Origin: Rhina ancylostomus
Taxonomy: Eukaryota
Assembly: GCA_030265395.1 (NCBI GenBank)
Contig: JARFYF010000017.1
Span: 19,758,970-19,822,969, forward strand
DNA length: 64,000 nt
Reading direction: 5' to 3'
Shown here piece after piece: positions 38,058 to 51,061 of the stretch. Each line of letters starts with the position of its first letter. The first letter of the stretch is position 1. The translations under genes were made by a program, and so were the position numbers. Below the pieces are notes generated by a model, which saw nothing but the letters and a program-made list of their open reading frames with translations, was not told where the DNA came from and searched no databases.

Positions 38058-39447
38058 GAAGACAAACTTTGTTTATGTAGGTTGTACTGAAAATGATTTT
38101 TTTTCCTGGAAGTGCTAAATATTCTAACTTGTACATATTTAATTTCCTTGTTAAAATGGTTACACATGTTGTTGCAAAAAGTTATTTTCATAAAATTCCA
38201 TCCAGTTCAATTATGTTTCTGCAATAAGTTGCCATTGTTTAAAAAGTCATTATTTTTGATCATTATAGAAAAATTGGTGGTAATATTTATTTTGCTTTAC
38301 ATTTTTGACTGAAACAGGAATGTACAACTTGAGCAGTTTTAAAAAAACATTAGGAATGCTACAGGACAGAAAATCTTTATCCTCTTTAATTAAATGTCTT
38401 TTCAAAAGTGACAGAGATAATAAAACCAGTTTGTCCTTTGTTTTTGTGGCACTGAACTTCACGAAGGTAACCCAATTGTTAATTATGGGATTTCAGTTCA
38501 AAGACACCCAAGTTTCCCTGGTCCTGATGGTGGGAAGCAAACATGCACATCATTGCTGAAGAGCTCCAGTGGCAGCATTTTTTTGGTCAGGTACTAATGG
38601 CATGAAAACCAGTGCTTCCATTTACATTTCTGTCCTGGATAGATTCAGATTCCTTTTTTTCAAAAGCATAGCATTGTAGGTGCGCTTTATAGTCCCAATT
38701 TTGGATTCAACAGAAACAATGGAAAAGTTGATTCACTTGAGTAATTTCAAACAACCATACATGTTCAGTGGCAAAATTCTTCTTTTCATTCTTTTCTTCC
38801 TTGACTGTTGAATGTGTACTATTTCTCCTCCTGTGAAAAGCTAACAGCGGAGTAAATATCACTGCCATTAATNNNNNNNNNNNNNNNNNNNNNNNNNNNN
38901 NNNNNNNNNNNNNNNNNNNNNNNNNGTTTTACATTTTTACTGTGTATTTGTTTGGTTATGACTCCATCCATTTGAATTTATTCAATTTCTTTTGTTCATT
39001 TGATGTCAAATGCATAAAGCTAACTTGAGGGTGAGAATTTGGTTAAAGGATACTGCAAATATGTACAGTGTAAGATTGTCCTTTGTGTTCAAAGCAGCAC
39101 AAAAATGGCAACTGACAAAACTCTGCGTTTCTGCCACAAAGCACGAAAGGCAGGTTTTGATCACTTAGCTTTCTAAAGAATCTAAATAAAAAATCTGAAG
39201 GAAAATGGAAGCTTTTCAGTTTTTAATGCAAAATTGTGCTGTTTTCAACTATTTGGCAATAGAATAACAAATAATCATAGGCACATTTGTGCAGCACAGC
39301 ACATTTCCTTAAGCCACCCAACTGATGTATATACTTAATTGTTCGCACGATGGCCATCTCCTATTGTGTGTTTGAGCCAAGCAAATAAATGAATGTCATG
39401 AACAGCAAAATTGTAAGAATTGAAGAGCATGCACTTGACATCAGTGA

Positions 39448-39502
39448 CCTCACTAGGGTAGATAAATGCACCAGACTAAGGGCTGAAATTGCAGCCAGTT
39501 CA
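39448..39502 (-). repeat. Right arm of 55-bp long-range inverted repeat (partner 38003-38057)
   Basis: CCTCACTAGGGTAGATAAATGCACCAGACTAAGGGCTGAAATTGCAGCCAGTTCA versus the reverse complement of the left arm, CCTCAGTGGGACAGATAAATGCACTAGACTAAAGGCTGAAATTATGGCCAGTTCA. Confidence 0.92.
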
Positions 39503-41929
39503 GATTATTATTTTCCAGGGAAGTCTTTGTTGAATAGAGGAAGCTTGAATTCTTCCTCTGCTGAAATGATTATCAGTGGTGGGGGGAGGGAGAGAGTGGA
39601 AATGCAATTACTCAGATCCTTCCACCCCTCTGAAGCAAGACAGATTTAAGCACGTTGGCTCATTACTCCACTCTACTTCCTGTTAGCATCGGGCTTAAGC
39701 TATTTCACCTTTCTTAAATACCCTGTAGGTTCTTTGCTATTCTAGAAAAATGGCAGTTTCTGAACAAAAGAAAGGCCTTTTAAAATATATCTCTGAGAAA
39801 TATCCAAGTTAAATGAATAAGCAATAAAACTATACCTTCTACAGAAGTTAGTTCTGTAACTTATTACTTAGTATAATTCACTATTAAAACCAGCTTTAAG
39901 AAATGTAATTTGAAGTTATAATCACATTCTGAATTATAACATCCAATTTGACTGTTCATGGAAAAACATTGTGGTATTTCTGCTGTAAAAAGGAATCTCA
40001 CCGTGCATGTTACCTGTCTGCGATTAGCCAGACATTTGAGGGAAACTGACTGAATCTTCATTCTCCCAGTGTATATCCTCATTTCAATCCCTCAGTTACA
40101 CTGGTAGTTTTTTAATTGACTGAGAGGTGTCCAGAGCCATCTGCTTCCCTTTCTGATGATTTTCTTTTGGCAATTTGAATTGACATTTTTAAAAAAATTC
40201 TTGAGTAAAGTGCAGTAGGGTTTCCCTGCTAAGCACAGAATGTAATGTTAATTTTCTACGACTGAAGTTTAATCTACTTTCAGCTCCTCTTGCATACTGC
40301 TGCACAAAACAGAGACTTTGACGCATGGAATGATTTTCATTGGATGTTTTGATGTCACTAGGATACTGAAAAGCAAAATTCTAAGGTGCATATTCTTTGT
40401 GTCAGGTTTACACAATTAGAATATGCTTATTTTTGCGCATTGACCAGATGCACATGTATGACTGAGGTGAAAAATAACAAATGGTCAAATTACTGTCTCT
40501 CTTCAGTTCTTGGCTATAGTAATAGTTTAAACAAAGAAAGTGGTTTGCTTTTCAACCAGACTACTGACCCTAATCCATGTTATGAATAGCCTTTCTCTAT
40601 GTTTTAGGAAATCGAATTTTTTTCTGTGTGTCTGCTGATGTGTAATTTTAATATGAAAAGAGGAGCCACGTCACTTACTTATTTTGCTGTTAGTTATGGC
40701 TGAGGTTTACAAATGACCTTGGGGCAGCAAGCACTGGTCTTGCAGAATCATAACAAGGAGGTGTCTGTGCCTTTTCTGCTTGATGAATATTCCTACCACT
40801 TCAGGCATGCTGTTATTGTAGGAGATGGAAGGTTTGCAGAAGTGAAGTGCAGAATGCAATTAGCCAGGCTTGTTTTTTGCACTGTGACCCGGAATATATT
40901 CAGTCTTTCTAGACAGTAAGCATATAAGTTAACTTAAATAGCAATGGAAAAAATACATATACAGTTAGAAAAGAAGAGCTATATCTGACTTTTTAGGGTG
41001 TAGCACCTAATCTGTTCAGCAAATTGGTTAAGAGATGACCATTGTTTACCCTCAGCTGCTGGCTGTATAGTTTATTAGCTAGATGAAGGAGTTAAACATT
41101 TTTAGCAATAAAAATTGCTGTGTAACTGACAGATTTTAAAATTATTGAGAGAAATATGCTTCTGATTATTGGCTTTGGAGAAATGAAACTGAGGCACATA
41201 ATTATTCATTGTATTAAAACAGGTTATTTTACTTTTCAAAAAATAATAGTTGGGATTTTAATAACACATCCATATTTCACACTGCATCCAAGGTTATTTT
41301 GGTTGTTTGAAAGCCTTGTGCTTTTATAAGCTTAAGGAAAATAGAAGTGCACCTAAATTTAACATTTTGTAATTGGCCACAATTTTAAACACACTGAGGT
41401 CAGACTCCTGTGTGGGTAATTGTAATGATTTAGGGTAAAGCTAGCTAAATTACTGCATAAACTACTCGTTATAAAATAGTATATGGTAGGTGTGCTGCCA
41501 AGTTTAATTATCTTAAAAAATTTCAGTTTTGCCCCAATGCAACGTGTTAAGGGCAACCGACTCTGCATGAGCAGGAAATGCGTTAAGAGCTCTGCCATTT
41601 TCCAAGTAAGCAAATATGTTTGCACTCTCAATTTGATAATAGGTTGGCATCTGGAGTAGTGATGACTAAGTTTGTATGCATGCAGAATATACATGCACAT
41701 CCTTAGCTTCTCTCCCTTGTGATGTTTGCCATTTTCTGGTTTGAGATTGCTAACAAAAAAGTTTGTTCCTGTTTTTGGCAATCAAGTAAGAAGACGGCTC
41801 ACTTGGATCCCTTGGAGAAGTATTTAGCCTGCTTGGGGATCTGGAGGAATGTAAAAATCCTTGGAGGTTTCTTCATTAGAAAGGAGTATACATCCAACCC
41901 TGAAAATATCCAGTAACCCTGATGCCATT

Positions 41930-42185
41930 TGTGAAGAGAGAAGCAAGAGATAATATTTCACGTCATTGGGCTTTCATCAGAATTGGAAAAAAGTTGTAGA
42001 TCAGGTGGTGTGGCATTGAGAAAAGAACAGAAGGCGAGTTGTATGATAGGATGGAAGCCAGGGAAGAATAAATGACTAATGAGATTAGGATGCAAGGCAA
42101 AGGAGGAGGTTGTGGGTTTTTGCCAGATCTGAATGTTGCCTGTTTTTATTTCCATTTTTCAGCTTTGGCATTATTTTGTTTTTGT
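41930..42185. repeat. Penelope-type terminal repeat fragments (forward, then inverted)
   Basis: TGTGAAGAGAGAAGCAAGAGATAATATTTCA..TTCATCAGAATTGGAAAAAG, followed by the reverse-oriented TGTTTTTATTTCCATTTTTCAGCTTTGGCATTATTTTG. Confidence 0.55.
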
Positions 42186-43003
42186 AACTAACTGATCTTG
42201 CAGGGTGGGTACACTTCGGGTGTTCTGCTCCACACCATTCAGGTCAGTTGAAAATAGTGTATGAATGCATGAACCCCATTATTTGGATTTAAGATTTTGA
42301 ATATTGAACCTTCAATATTTGAAGTCTAAATGCAGCTAAATGCACAGTCTTACTGCACACTGCGGTGGATGGTGGGGGTGGGAGGAGGTGTGTGTGTATG
42401 TGGGGGGGTGGGGGNNNNNNNNNNTAAGATGCAGAAGGGGGGAGGTGGAGAGAACAGCGCTTGTTGAAAGAGAGTTTCTTGGTGTGCTGAGGATTCCACA
42501 TAATAAATTGGCTCCCTTTGTTATTTGTGGCCAATTAATACAGAACGTACATCGAACTGGAAACCTTTCATATGCAGCAGGGCACAGATTTTCAAAATAA
42601 ATTGCATATATCCAGATTAACTTTACATATAACAGGGCTAGATATACAGGCTCTGTGGAACAAATTAGGACTTGGTGAAAATGTGCTTATCTCAGGAATT
42701 TCCTTAGATAAGATTTGCATATAAATGGATTAGAGTGTATATCCATATACACTATATATGAAAAAACGTACAACATCATGAATAAATAATTATTCAAATG
42801 ATTAAAATTAAAAAGGACCATTTGTAGCATAGTGAAATTTTCTTATTATCCTTGAATTTCAAAAAAATGAGCAACTTCTTGTTAATTCCAACATAAATTA
42901 GCCTGTTTATACCACAGTGGAACCCAACTTAATGTCTGGATTAAAAGTATCTTGACAATAGCCTCTATTTAATATCTGCTTAAATTTTTCACATCTTGTG
43001 TAG

Positions 43004-43045
43004 GTATGAATGGATCTGTCCTGACCATTTTGAATGCTTTAGCTT
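43004..43045 (+). other. Candidate 42-nt cryptic or recursive-splice exon
   Basis: Pyrimidine tract TTTTTCACATCTTGTGTAG is immediately followed by GTATGA; a consensus donor GTAAGT lies at 43046-43051. Confidence 0.3.
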
Positions 43046-43464
43046 GTAAGTAGCCATGAACTTTGCATTAATCATTCTGCCCTCACTCCTCTTATCTGTG
43101 TTAGAGCCTTGGCTATATCATTCAGTTGTNNNNNNNNNNNNNNNNNNNNNNNNNNNNNNNNNNNNNNNNNNNNNNNNNNNNNNNNNNNNNNNNNNNNNNN
43201 NNNNNNNNNNNNNNNNNNNNNNNNNNNNNTCTAAATCAGTTGTTGCCTACTTTTAGCACATTGTTTGGAACGTGCTCATTGTCTTTACATTTAATTTGTC
43301 TTTGACTTTATTAAAACATTGTTCAACTGCATCATATTAGATTACTCTGTTTTGAATCCAGATTGATGTTATGCAATGTCATGTGGGACAAAAAGAGGTC
43401 CTTATAGTATTGTGCAGTGTGGCCATGTTTTGTTCATTTTTGTTGTGTAAATGGACAAAAGGAT

Positions 43465-44040
43465 ATACAAAATTAGGACAGGAGCAGGTTGTTTGAGTTT
43501 CTGCAACATTCAGTTTAAACCACACTGATCTTTACCTCCATTCTAGCCCACAAATTCCTTGATTCTGTTAGTGTCCAAAAATCTATTGATCTTTGTCTTG
43601 AGTAAATGTTTGTTGACTAAGTGTTTGCAGCCCTCTGAGTTATAGAATTTCAATAAGTCAAATTGTCAAAGGAAGACATTTCTGCTCATCTCGATCCTGA
43701 ATGGCCCTTGTTCTGAAACCATAACCCCAATTCTAGATTTCTAAGCTGGAGAAACATCCTCTTAGTACCTTGTACTTTAGGAGTATTCTATGTTTCAAAG
43801 AAATTGCCTCTCTCTTTCTGGAAAATATCAAGCTAATCTACTCAACCTCACCACACAGGACAATCCTCTTAACCCATAGATCAGTCTTCATTGCACCCAC
43901 ATTTAGGCAAGCATATTCTTCATTGAGGAAGCCAAAACCCTACCTTATATTCCACATGTCATCTTGCCAAAGCCCTTTATAGTTTTAGTAAGAATTCTTT
44001 ACTTTGGTGCTTTATTTTACTTACTACAGTAAAGGCTGAT
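43465..44040 (-). mobile_element. Degraded CR1 LINE 3' portion
   Basis: Reverse complement of a CR1 end: AAATTAGGACAGGAGCAGG, AAAAATCTATTGATCTTTGTCTTGA, TAGAATTTCAA, ACATTTCTGCTCATCTC. Confidence 0.8.
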
Positions 44041-44319
44041 ATACTGTAATTACCTCCAAGTTAGCTGCGATTCATGTACAACATCTCCCAGGCCCTTTTT
44101 CATGTACAGATTTNNNNNNNNNNNNNNNNNNNNNNNNNNNNNNNNNNNNNNNNNNNNNNNNNNNNNNNNNNNNNNNNNNNNNNNNNNNNNNNNNNNNNNN
44201 NNNNNNNNNNNNNTACCTCCAAGTTAGCTGCGATTCATGTACAACCGCTCCCCGGCCCTTTTTCATGTACAGATTTTTTTAAACTGCACATTTATATTTA
44301 TCTCACTAATGTGAATGAG

Positions 44320-44490
44320 TTATAGTCATAGAATCATACAGCACAGAAACGGGCAGTTTGGTCAACACGTCCATGCTGACCAAGATGCCAATTTAAGCAA
44401 GTCCCATTTCCCATATCCCTCCAAACCTTTCCTATTCACATACCTGTTCGAATGTCTTTTAAATGTTGTTATTGAATACCCTCATTCTTT
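44320..44490 (-). mobile_element. CR1 3' terminus
   Basis: ATAGTCATAGAATCATACAGCACAGAAACGGGC..GTCCATGCTGACCAAGATGCC..CCCATATCCCTCCAAACCTTTCC..AATGTCTTTTAAATGTTG, the reverse complement of ends like 26870-27020. Confidence 0.9.
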
Positions 44491-45251
44491 TCCATTCTGA
44501 AGTAAACAGCTTGTTCAAACTGCCAATCCAAAAACAAATTTATTCCTACTCTCCATTTTTTGTCGCATAATTGCATTTTCTTATCCTGTTGAGATGGAGT
44601 TTAATTTTCATTCACATAATGAGTCAAGCTTTCTTTTTTAACAACTGAAACCCTTAAGTGAAAGGACATATATATCAACATTTAGTTCAAAGTAATAAGT
44701 TGCATTCATTTCAAACTATAATATGAAAGAACTGAAAGATGAAGGGAAAAAAAGTAAACACTGAGGGATTTGCAGTTAGGTACTTTCCTAGTGAGCTGTG
44801 CTCCTGAGTGTGAATCAGTCAAGACTGGGGAACCTTGTGGATCTGCAGATGTGTTGAAGCTTGAGTTAAATGAGAGAAACAGATCTCAGGTCTCTATACG
44901 CAGTGTGGCCACAAATCTGGCATTGCACCACATGTTTGTATATTGCACATAAACAATGAGATTACCCTTTTACAGAAGAGTACTAAAACCTGATATTGAA
45001 GTGCAAAAATTAAATTACCTTTCTTCTTTTGGTTTTGTGCCCGACTGGTGCTGCCAGTTCACAATAATATGCCTCCTGTAGCCAGTTCCAACCTCGGTAA
45101 AGGTAACAGAAAGAATTAGGGAAAAACACATCTTACCAACTGCTGAACTGGAAGAATACAGCAATTTCTTTTGAAATTTTAGTAACTACATGAAAACTGC
45201 ATGTTAGAAGCCAGTGCCACAAACAACACAAACAAACATGACCTTAAACAA

Positions 45252-46035
45252 TTTTAGAACTTTAGAACATAAGGGGAGCAAGAGTAATCACTGAATCCCC
45301 GAACTACTCTGCCATTCAGCAAGATCATGACTGTTTTTTTCACTTCATCATTGTTTTTTTGTCCTGTCCCCATTTCCCTTGATTCTTCTGACATCCAGGA
45401 AATCTGTTGAGGTTCTTTGTTTTGAAAGCATTCAGTGACTGAGCCTACACAACCCTTGATTGATCAATTTCTGCTTAAGGAAATTTTTGTATCTCATTCC
45501 TAAGTATCCTAGCCTTTATTTTGAGAATGATCCCAAGATCTGGTCTTCTCAGGCAGTGGAAACATTGTCCCTATCTACTCTGTTGAGCCTTCTAAGTCTT
45601 GTGCTTCAGTGGGGTTGCCTCTCATTCTTTAGAACTCTTAGAGAAGAGACCTAACATACTTAATCTCTGCTAATATGTCAGACCTACCATCTCAAGAGCA
45701 GACTGAAGAATCTTGGCTGCACAGCCTACCATCATCTTTCTAAAGAAAGTATATCCTTCTATAGATAAAGAGATCAAAATTGTACACAATAGTCCAGGTG
45801 AAATCTCAGCAAGGCCTTTAGAATTGTAGTAGGACATCCTTATTCAAAAAATCCAAACATAAACATAAAGCCCAACATAGCAATTGCTTTTCCTAATTGC
45901 ACCTGAATGTGAGCTTCCAGTGACTTGTGTACGATAATGCCCAAGTCCCTTTGAACATCAGCATTTCTTGATCTCTCATTGTTTAAAAAAAAACTCAGCA
46001 TCTGTTTTTTTTCCCACAAGTGGATAACCTCATAT
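45252..46035 (-). mobile_element. CR1 LINE 3' portion
   Basis: Tail TTTAGAACTTTAGAACATAAG, CTGCCATTCAGCAAGATCATG, and ORF 45840-46097 YEVIHL..ADVQRDLGIIVHKSL..QVQ..KAIAMLGF. Confidence 0.9.
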
Positions 46036-47735
46036 GGTATTTTTCGATAAATAAATTCAAAAAGTATTAAATAGGTGTGGCTAAGATTGAGCTTCAAAAT
46101 CTATCTAAATTGAAAGGTAAAGGTAAACAGAGGGAGTTTAGAAGCCCTACATTTTTAATCATTTTTTTTCTATGTACAATATTGAAGAGAAAGGGGAACC
46201 ATTGACTTGTATTAAAATTTTTGAAGTAATGTGCATGGAAACTGCAGCGCTATATTGCTAAGTTTAGTACTTGGAGATGACCAAAGCACCAATCTCGTCC
46301 CATTTGGGGAAGGACCTGTAATGCTGAAGCATATCTCTTGGACAATTGATAAAGCAGCTGTGTTAACACCTATATCACAAGATCATATCATAGTTACTGA
46401 ACAATGAATGTGGGTAAATTGAAAACCATAAAAATTGAGTAACAGAGCTCTGTAGCTTAACTTTGTTTCCATTCTTGCGCTTTCCCTGGAAGTGTCTCAA
46501 GAATTCATAATCTGATGAAATTATTAAACATAAGCAATAAGTCATATAAAGCAGGAAAAGGGAGAGGATTGTCTGCTAAGATTTTGTCAATGATAGATGA
46601 TTACTAAATTCACCATCTCTACTCAACTTGGGCAAGAATATACTTGGGCAGTTGGGCTGTAACTTGAAAGTTAATTATTTTCTTTTTTCCATTTGATCCT
46701 CAAACATTGTACACCAACTGTTGGAAAGCAACGTTGAGATACAGGGACAGAACAACGAGAGGAAAGTGGCCATTATGCACTTGAAAGAAAATTATTAATT
46801 TTACCCCTTTCTGGAGTGGGGATGTTTATTTCCGTCTACTCTTAAACAGTGCTTCTTTGATATACTGTGGGTGCAAGTGACCTGACCTTTCATTTACCCT
46901 TCTAGAGGGGCACTTGGTAAGCTTAGAACAAGCTCAGATACTCAACCAGCTGGCTTTGAAAATACCATGAGCACTTCCCCAGAGGATTCCAGCCGAGTAG
47001 AAATTATACATCCCGCAGCCCCAAATTTTCTTCAGTTCTGAATTTCAGTTTTTGAATGCAAATGCTATTTTTATTTTATAAAATAAAGTCCATCTCAAGC
47101 AACACGATCAGATGAATAACAATAGTATTGTGTCATTATCCTTATCACCGAGCACTCTTCTTTGTACAAAATACGTCGCCATGGTGATGACAGCCCACTG
47201 CTTGTCCGTCACATCAAACATTTTATGCCATTACGTTAAAGTGAATTTTGCTATTGGGATTATTAAATGCTCCAGCATTTCAAGCATTCTTAAAATATAT
47301 ATAATGGATTTGCATGAAATTGTGTCCAGTTTGAATGCTGAGAACTGATTGGGAATAATTTGATGCACCTTCATGCAAGGTTCTTAATTTCGGTTTAAGT
47401 GCATTAGAGATGGGTGGATGGAAGGGTGGTGCTGGTGGAGGTGCAGAGGGAGAAATGCCCAGCAGTTGACAAATTTATTTAGGACTATTAAGGCATTTAA
47501 GAACTGAAATAAGGGTTAAAGGTGTGATCAAGTGGCAGGAGCAAGCACCATGTTCCTTTTATTATCAATTGTAAAAAAATCATAAAGAATGCATTTGTGG
47601 ATTAGCAAGCAGAATAACTCTCCTTATGTGTATTCAAATTGAAGGATCGAGTCTGTAGTATATGAGCCGGATTGTCACTGTTGTCCTTATGTGTCGAGTC
47701 TGTCTTCATTTTGGCAAAACTGTATACACAGCCAT

Positions 47736-48379
47736 CACATATTGTTTAATTAATACTCCAGTGTTCTTAATCTTAACCTTCTAATAACACATTCTCAAGT
47801 GCAAACCTCAATGCCCAACATCATTGAATAATCAATACAGTGAAATAGTGAATATGTTAAAGCAGACTGGAAGAGTGAAAAATAACAAATGCGGCAAATA
47901 CATTGCCTCTTAGTGAATGCCAGTATATGACTGGATTGAGCTGTAAACAGGCCATCCCTGGGTTATGAACACCTGACTTACGGACACCCCTACATACAAA
48001 TGAGCTTCCATATTATTATTAAATTCAGAAGTCCAAAGTATGTACATACGTTCATTCCTGCAAATGAGAGAATTAGTTTCCTCCCTCTCTCCACTTTTAG
48101 TAATTCCTCTAATCAGGCTTATGTGCTTTGATGCTGTTCATTATAATACTGTGGAGGTGTGGATGGATGGTTACCATATTGAGTGATTTTTATTTTGTGT
48201 GTGTTTTCCGACTTGGGGACAAAATTGACTTATGGACAACAGTAGAAATGGATTCTGTTTGTTACCTGAGGACAGCCTGTAATCAGAATCAGACCAATGC
48301 ATTAATACCATTATTATACAGTAGGTTACATTTTACAATGATCCAATGAGAAAACGGATCAGTTCCTAGTACTAACAGT
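47736..48379 (+). repeat. Left arm of ~300-bp long-range inverted repeat (47736-47947 + 48280-48379, interrupted by a MITE)
   Basis: Reverse complementary to 52129-52655. The best block, 47736-47854 vs 52535-52655, has 17 mismatches and one 2-nt gap over 121 columns (hand count). Confidence 0.93.
47948..48279. mobile_element. Tigger/pogo-type non-autonomous DNA transposon (MITE)
   Basis: TIRs CAGGCCATCCCTGGGTTA and TACCTGAGGACAGCCTG, a TA on the right flank, and the subterminal motif TGACTTAYGGACA near both ends. Removing it restores the inverted-repeat arm. Confidence 0.85.
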
Positions 48380-49334
48380 CCCAAGTGCAAACCTGTATTT
48401 AAACCAGCACCGATTAACAGTCTCTCTCAGGCCACAAAATGTGTGGCCGGTAGGAAAAAAAAGTTCTATTGATGTGACTAAGGTCAGACCTGCCATTGAA
48501 GCAAAGTAGCGGGGATTTAATCTCTGCCATGTTATACCTCACTAGAAGCTCCTGAAGCTGCCAAACAGAATCGCACTGTTCTCCAGGCCTACCATCCTTC
48601 AGCACAAAACTGTATTTAAAAATTACAAAGCATAATAAAAAAAACAATTTAAACATACTGTTTGATTCATTTATTATGTCTTTGGTCTTGATGCTGAAAT
48701 TAGAGCTAATGTAAGCTTTATTTTGGTGGTTACTGACAGTAAATCATAGGAGAAGCGGCGGGGAGAAGGAGAAAAAATAAGTGTTGATTACTTTTTGATC
48801 AAAGTAGCCCATGCAAGCACACAGCAAAAACATTTACAGTGACGTTTTCCCTTTTTCTTTTCACCCACAATTTCTAAATGGCCTGTTTTATCAATATGAC
48901 TAATCCTCCAACTATAAATTCACAAAGTACTCTATTTATTTGCAATGATTTTCTTTTTCTCTAAGTTGGATAATTTTCAAGTGACTTTATCAGGCATATT
49001 AGGAAATCTCAATGAACAAAAACAAGGATTTGAATGCATTTCGTGGAATTTTGTCAAATGACCTTATTAAATATGATGAGAGGTAAGTGTTTGCAGGTAT
49101 CACATGAATTGGCACATCTTCCATAGTCAATTTTAAGAGCAAGATATTTAATTGATTTGATATGCTGTTCACTTCGTCTGATTTCACGTTGCATCAGTTT
49201 CTAGCACTAGCATGCAACTTTGTGAGTAACAGAGGCTGCCAGTGAATTCCAGAAAGGACTGAGAGTGTTGACTACAATTCAGAAATTGTAAGTTCAAGTT
49301 AAATGAGTCATTTTCCAACTGATTCCTGCAAATG

Positions 49335-49445
49335 GGAAACAAAAACAGAAAATGTGGGGATAGCACAGCAGGTAGATGAACCAGTCTTTCACCCTCCAGA
49401 GATTTCCAGCTTTCTCAATTTCAGCTTTCCAGCATTAGTGGGTTT
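49335..49445. repeat. Penelope-type terminal fragments in inverted arrangement
   Basis: AAAAACAGAAAATGTGGGGATAGCACAGCAGGT, then the reverse-oriented GATTTCCAGCTTTCTC.ATTTCAGCTTTCCAGCAT. Confidence 0.5.
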
Positions 49446-51061
49446 TCTCTCCTCATGTATGGACAAGGCCAATCTGAAGCCAGGATTGCAAAGCTAAAAA
49501 TGAGAATGCCATAAACTGGAGTTCAAATTTCCTCATGTTAGCAAGGTCTTTCATGCATGTGGAATGTAAGCTGGGCCAGAGAATAAACAAGACACATCCA
49601 AATGTACTGAAGATGTGAAAATTGTGCTGAAAAGAAAAATGAGAAGTGCCTCAGCAGACCAGCGTAAATATTGAAAGATGAGTGTAATGGGAAGACGCTG
49701 GGCAGTCCTCATGGAGGAAGAGACATAGAACTAGGAGTCACCTGGGTCCTCTCTCAGAACACCAGAGAAACAACATTGTTTGTCTGTTTTTCACTGTAGA
49801 ATGTGCGGAGTTGCATGGAGGGGTGAATAATGGGGAAATGGGGGAACACCTTGATTTTTTTTAAATGGTAAAATGACATAAAAGTCTTGCTGCTCTTTAC
49901 CTACACAGAGTCCAGATAGGATTATTTGATATAAGAAAATTTGTGAATGTTCATTTTGAAAAGCACTTATGTGGACCTGCATTATATCACAGGAAACGGG
50001 TGTCCTGATTTAAGGCCACTGCCTTGCACAACACAAGCCTATAGCCTCGTGGTTTGCAAACAGCAGAAAGCCTTTGAAGAAAACCTGTCACTGTGATGCT
50101 GGCTAAAATGGTCAGGGTGCACATTTGCAGCCACAAAATTACAGCAAAGTTGATAGCATTTTGTCTAGGACTGTGAGGCAGATATTTCACATCTCTTCCT
50201 GTAGGCTATTTTCTGCACAATGAGCGTGAAACACTAGCCAAAGGCTGGCATCACTCAGCTACTTGAAGTGTGCTAAGGGCTGAGGACATTAACACTGTCA
50301 TGAGCTGCAATCAAATCATGTTGAAATATTTGCCAGTGGATTGGAAAATGCAATAGTACAGATATGGCAAGAGAAGAGGTAACAGGACACCTATTTTCCA
50401 TTATGATGGAGATATCAGCCCATTTTGAATATGTATAACCCAGAAAACATATTGATTTTTCATTTGGAATAAAAATCACCAACCTGAAACTGTCAGATCC
50501 CTTTGTTAATAGCTCATCCCCTGTAGATACAGTTCGCCACAAACCAGTTTTAATTGCAATGCATGCACTCAAACAAACAAGTAGCAAAAAAGGACAAGCT
50601 GTCCTCAAGAGTTTAGCTTTTGAAATCCCGTTTCCAAAATAAAACAATGGCACAGAATTTGCCACTGTCAAGACATCTCACAACATACCCACTGTTTTTT
50701 TTATCTTGTCATTCCATCTGAAGAATTTTAGTTGCAATTGTTGGAAGTGTGGTGAAGCTTACGACAATTGCCGATAATGGTGTGGTGAAGCTAACCAAGC
50801 AGGGTTTACTACCTCGTTGAGCCATGGGACCAAATGATTATCTCCTCCACAAGTGATTGTTATCATTGTTCCTTTCCCCATTTTTGACTGAGAGGAAAGA
50901 GGGTAAAACTAGACTGAATCTAGTTTTCTATAATTCCAGGCGGTAAAATAAAGCAAAGAGAGTATGGACTATTTAGAGAGAAAAATTATCAGAAAGATGA
51001 CAATTTTTAAAAATTGAAATTCGTGAGGTACAATGTACAATAGGATTGGGACTCCTATTTC

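Noticed and set aside
42362-42450. G-rich run with G-quadruplex potential (also the C-rich 54260-54306)
   Set aside because: Low-complexity sequence, the first run broken by an N-gap; common in such genomes.
44051-44278. ~63-bp direct duplication (TACCTCCAAGTTAGCTGCGATTCATGTAC...) on both sides of a 100-N gap
   Set aside because: The copies abut the gap and differ by a few bases, typical of unmerged contig ends or two haplotypes rather than a real repeat.
46897-46915. CTCF-like CCTTCTAGAGGGGCAC
   Set aside because: The spacing and 5' CC do not fit the core consensus.
50185-50270. Strong-looking acceptor TTTCACATCTCTTCCTGTAG
   Set aside because: No convincing downstream donor, and the reading frame stops after about 20 codons.
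50735-50796. Direct repeat GTGTGGTGAAGCT x2
   Set aside because: A small local duplication with only two units and no further structure.
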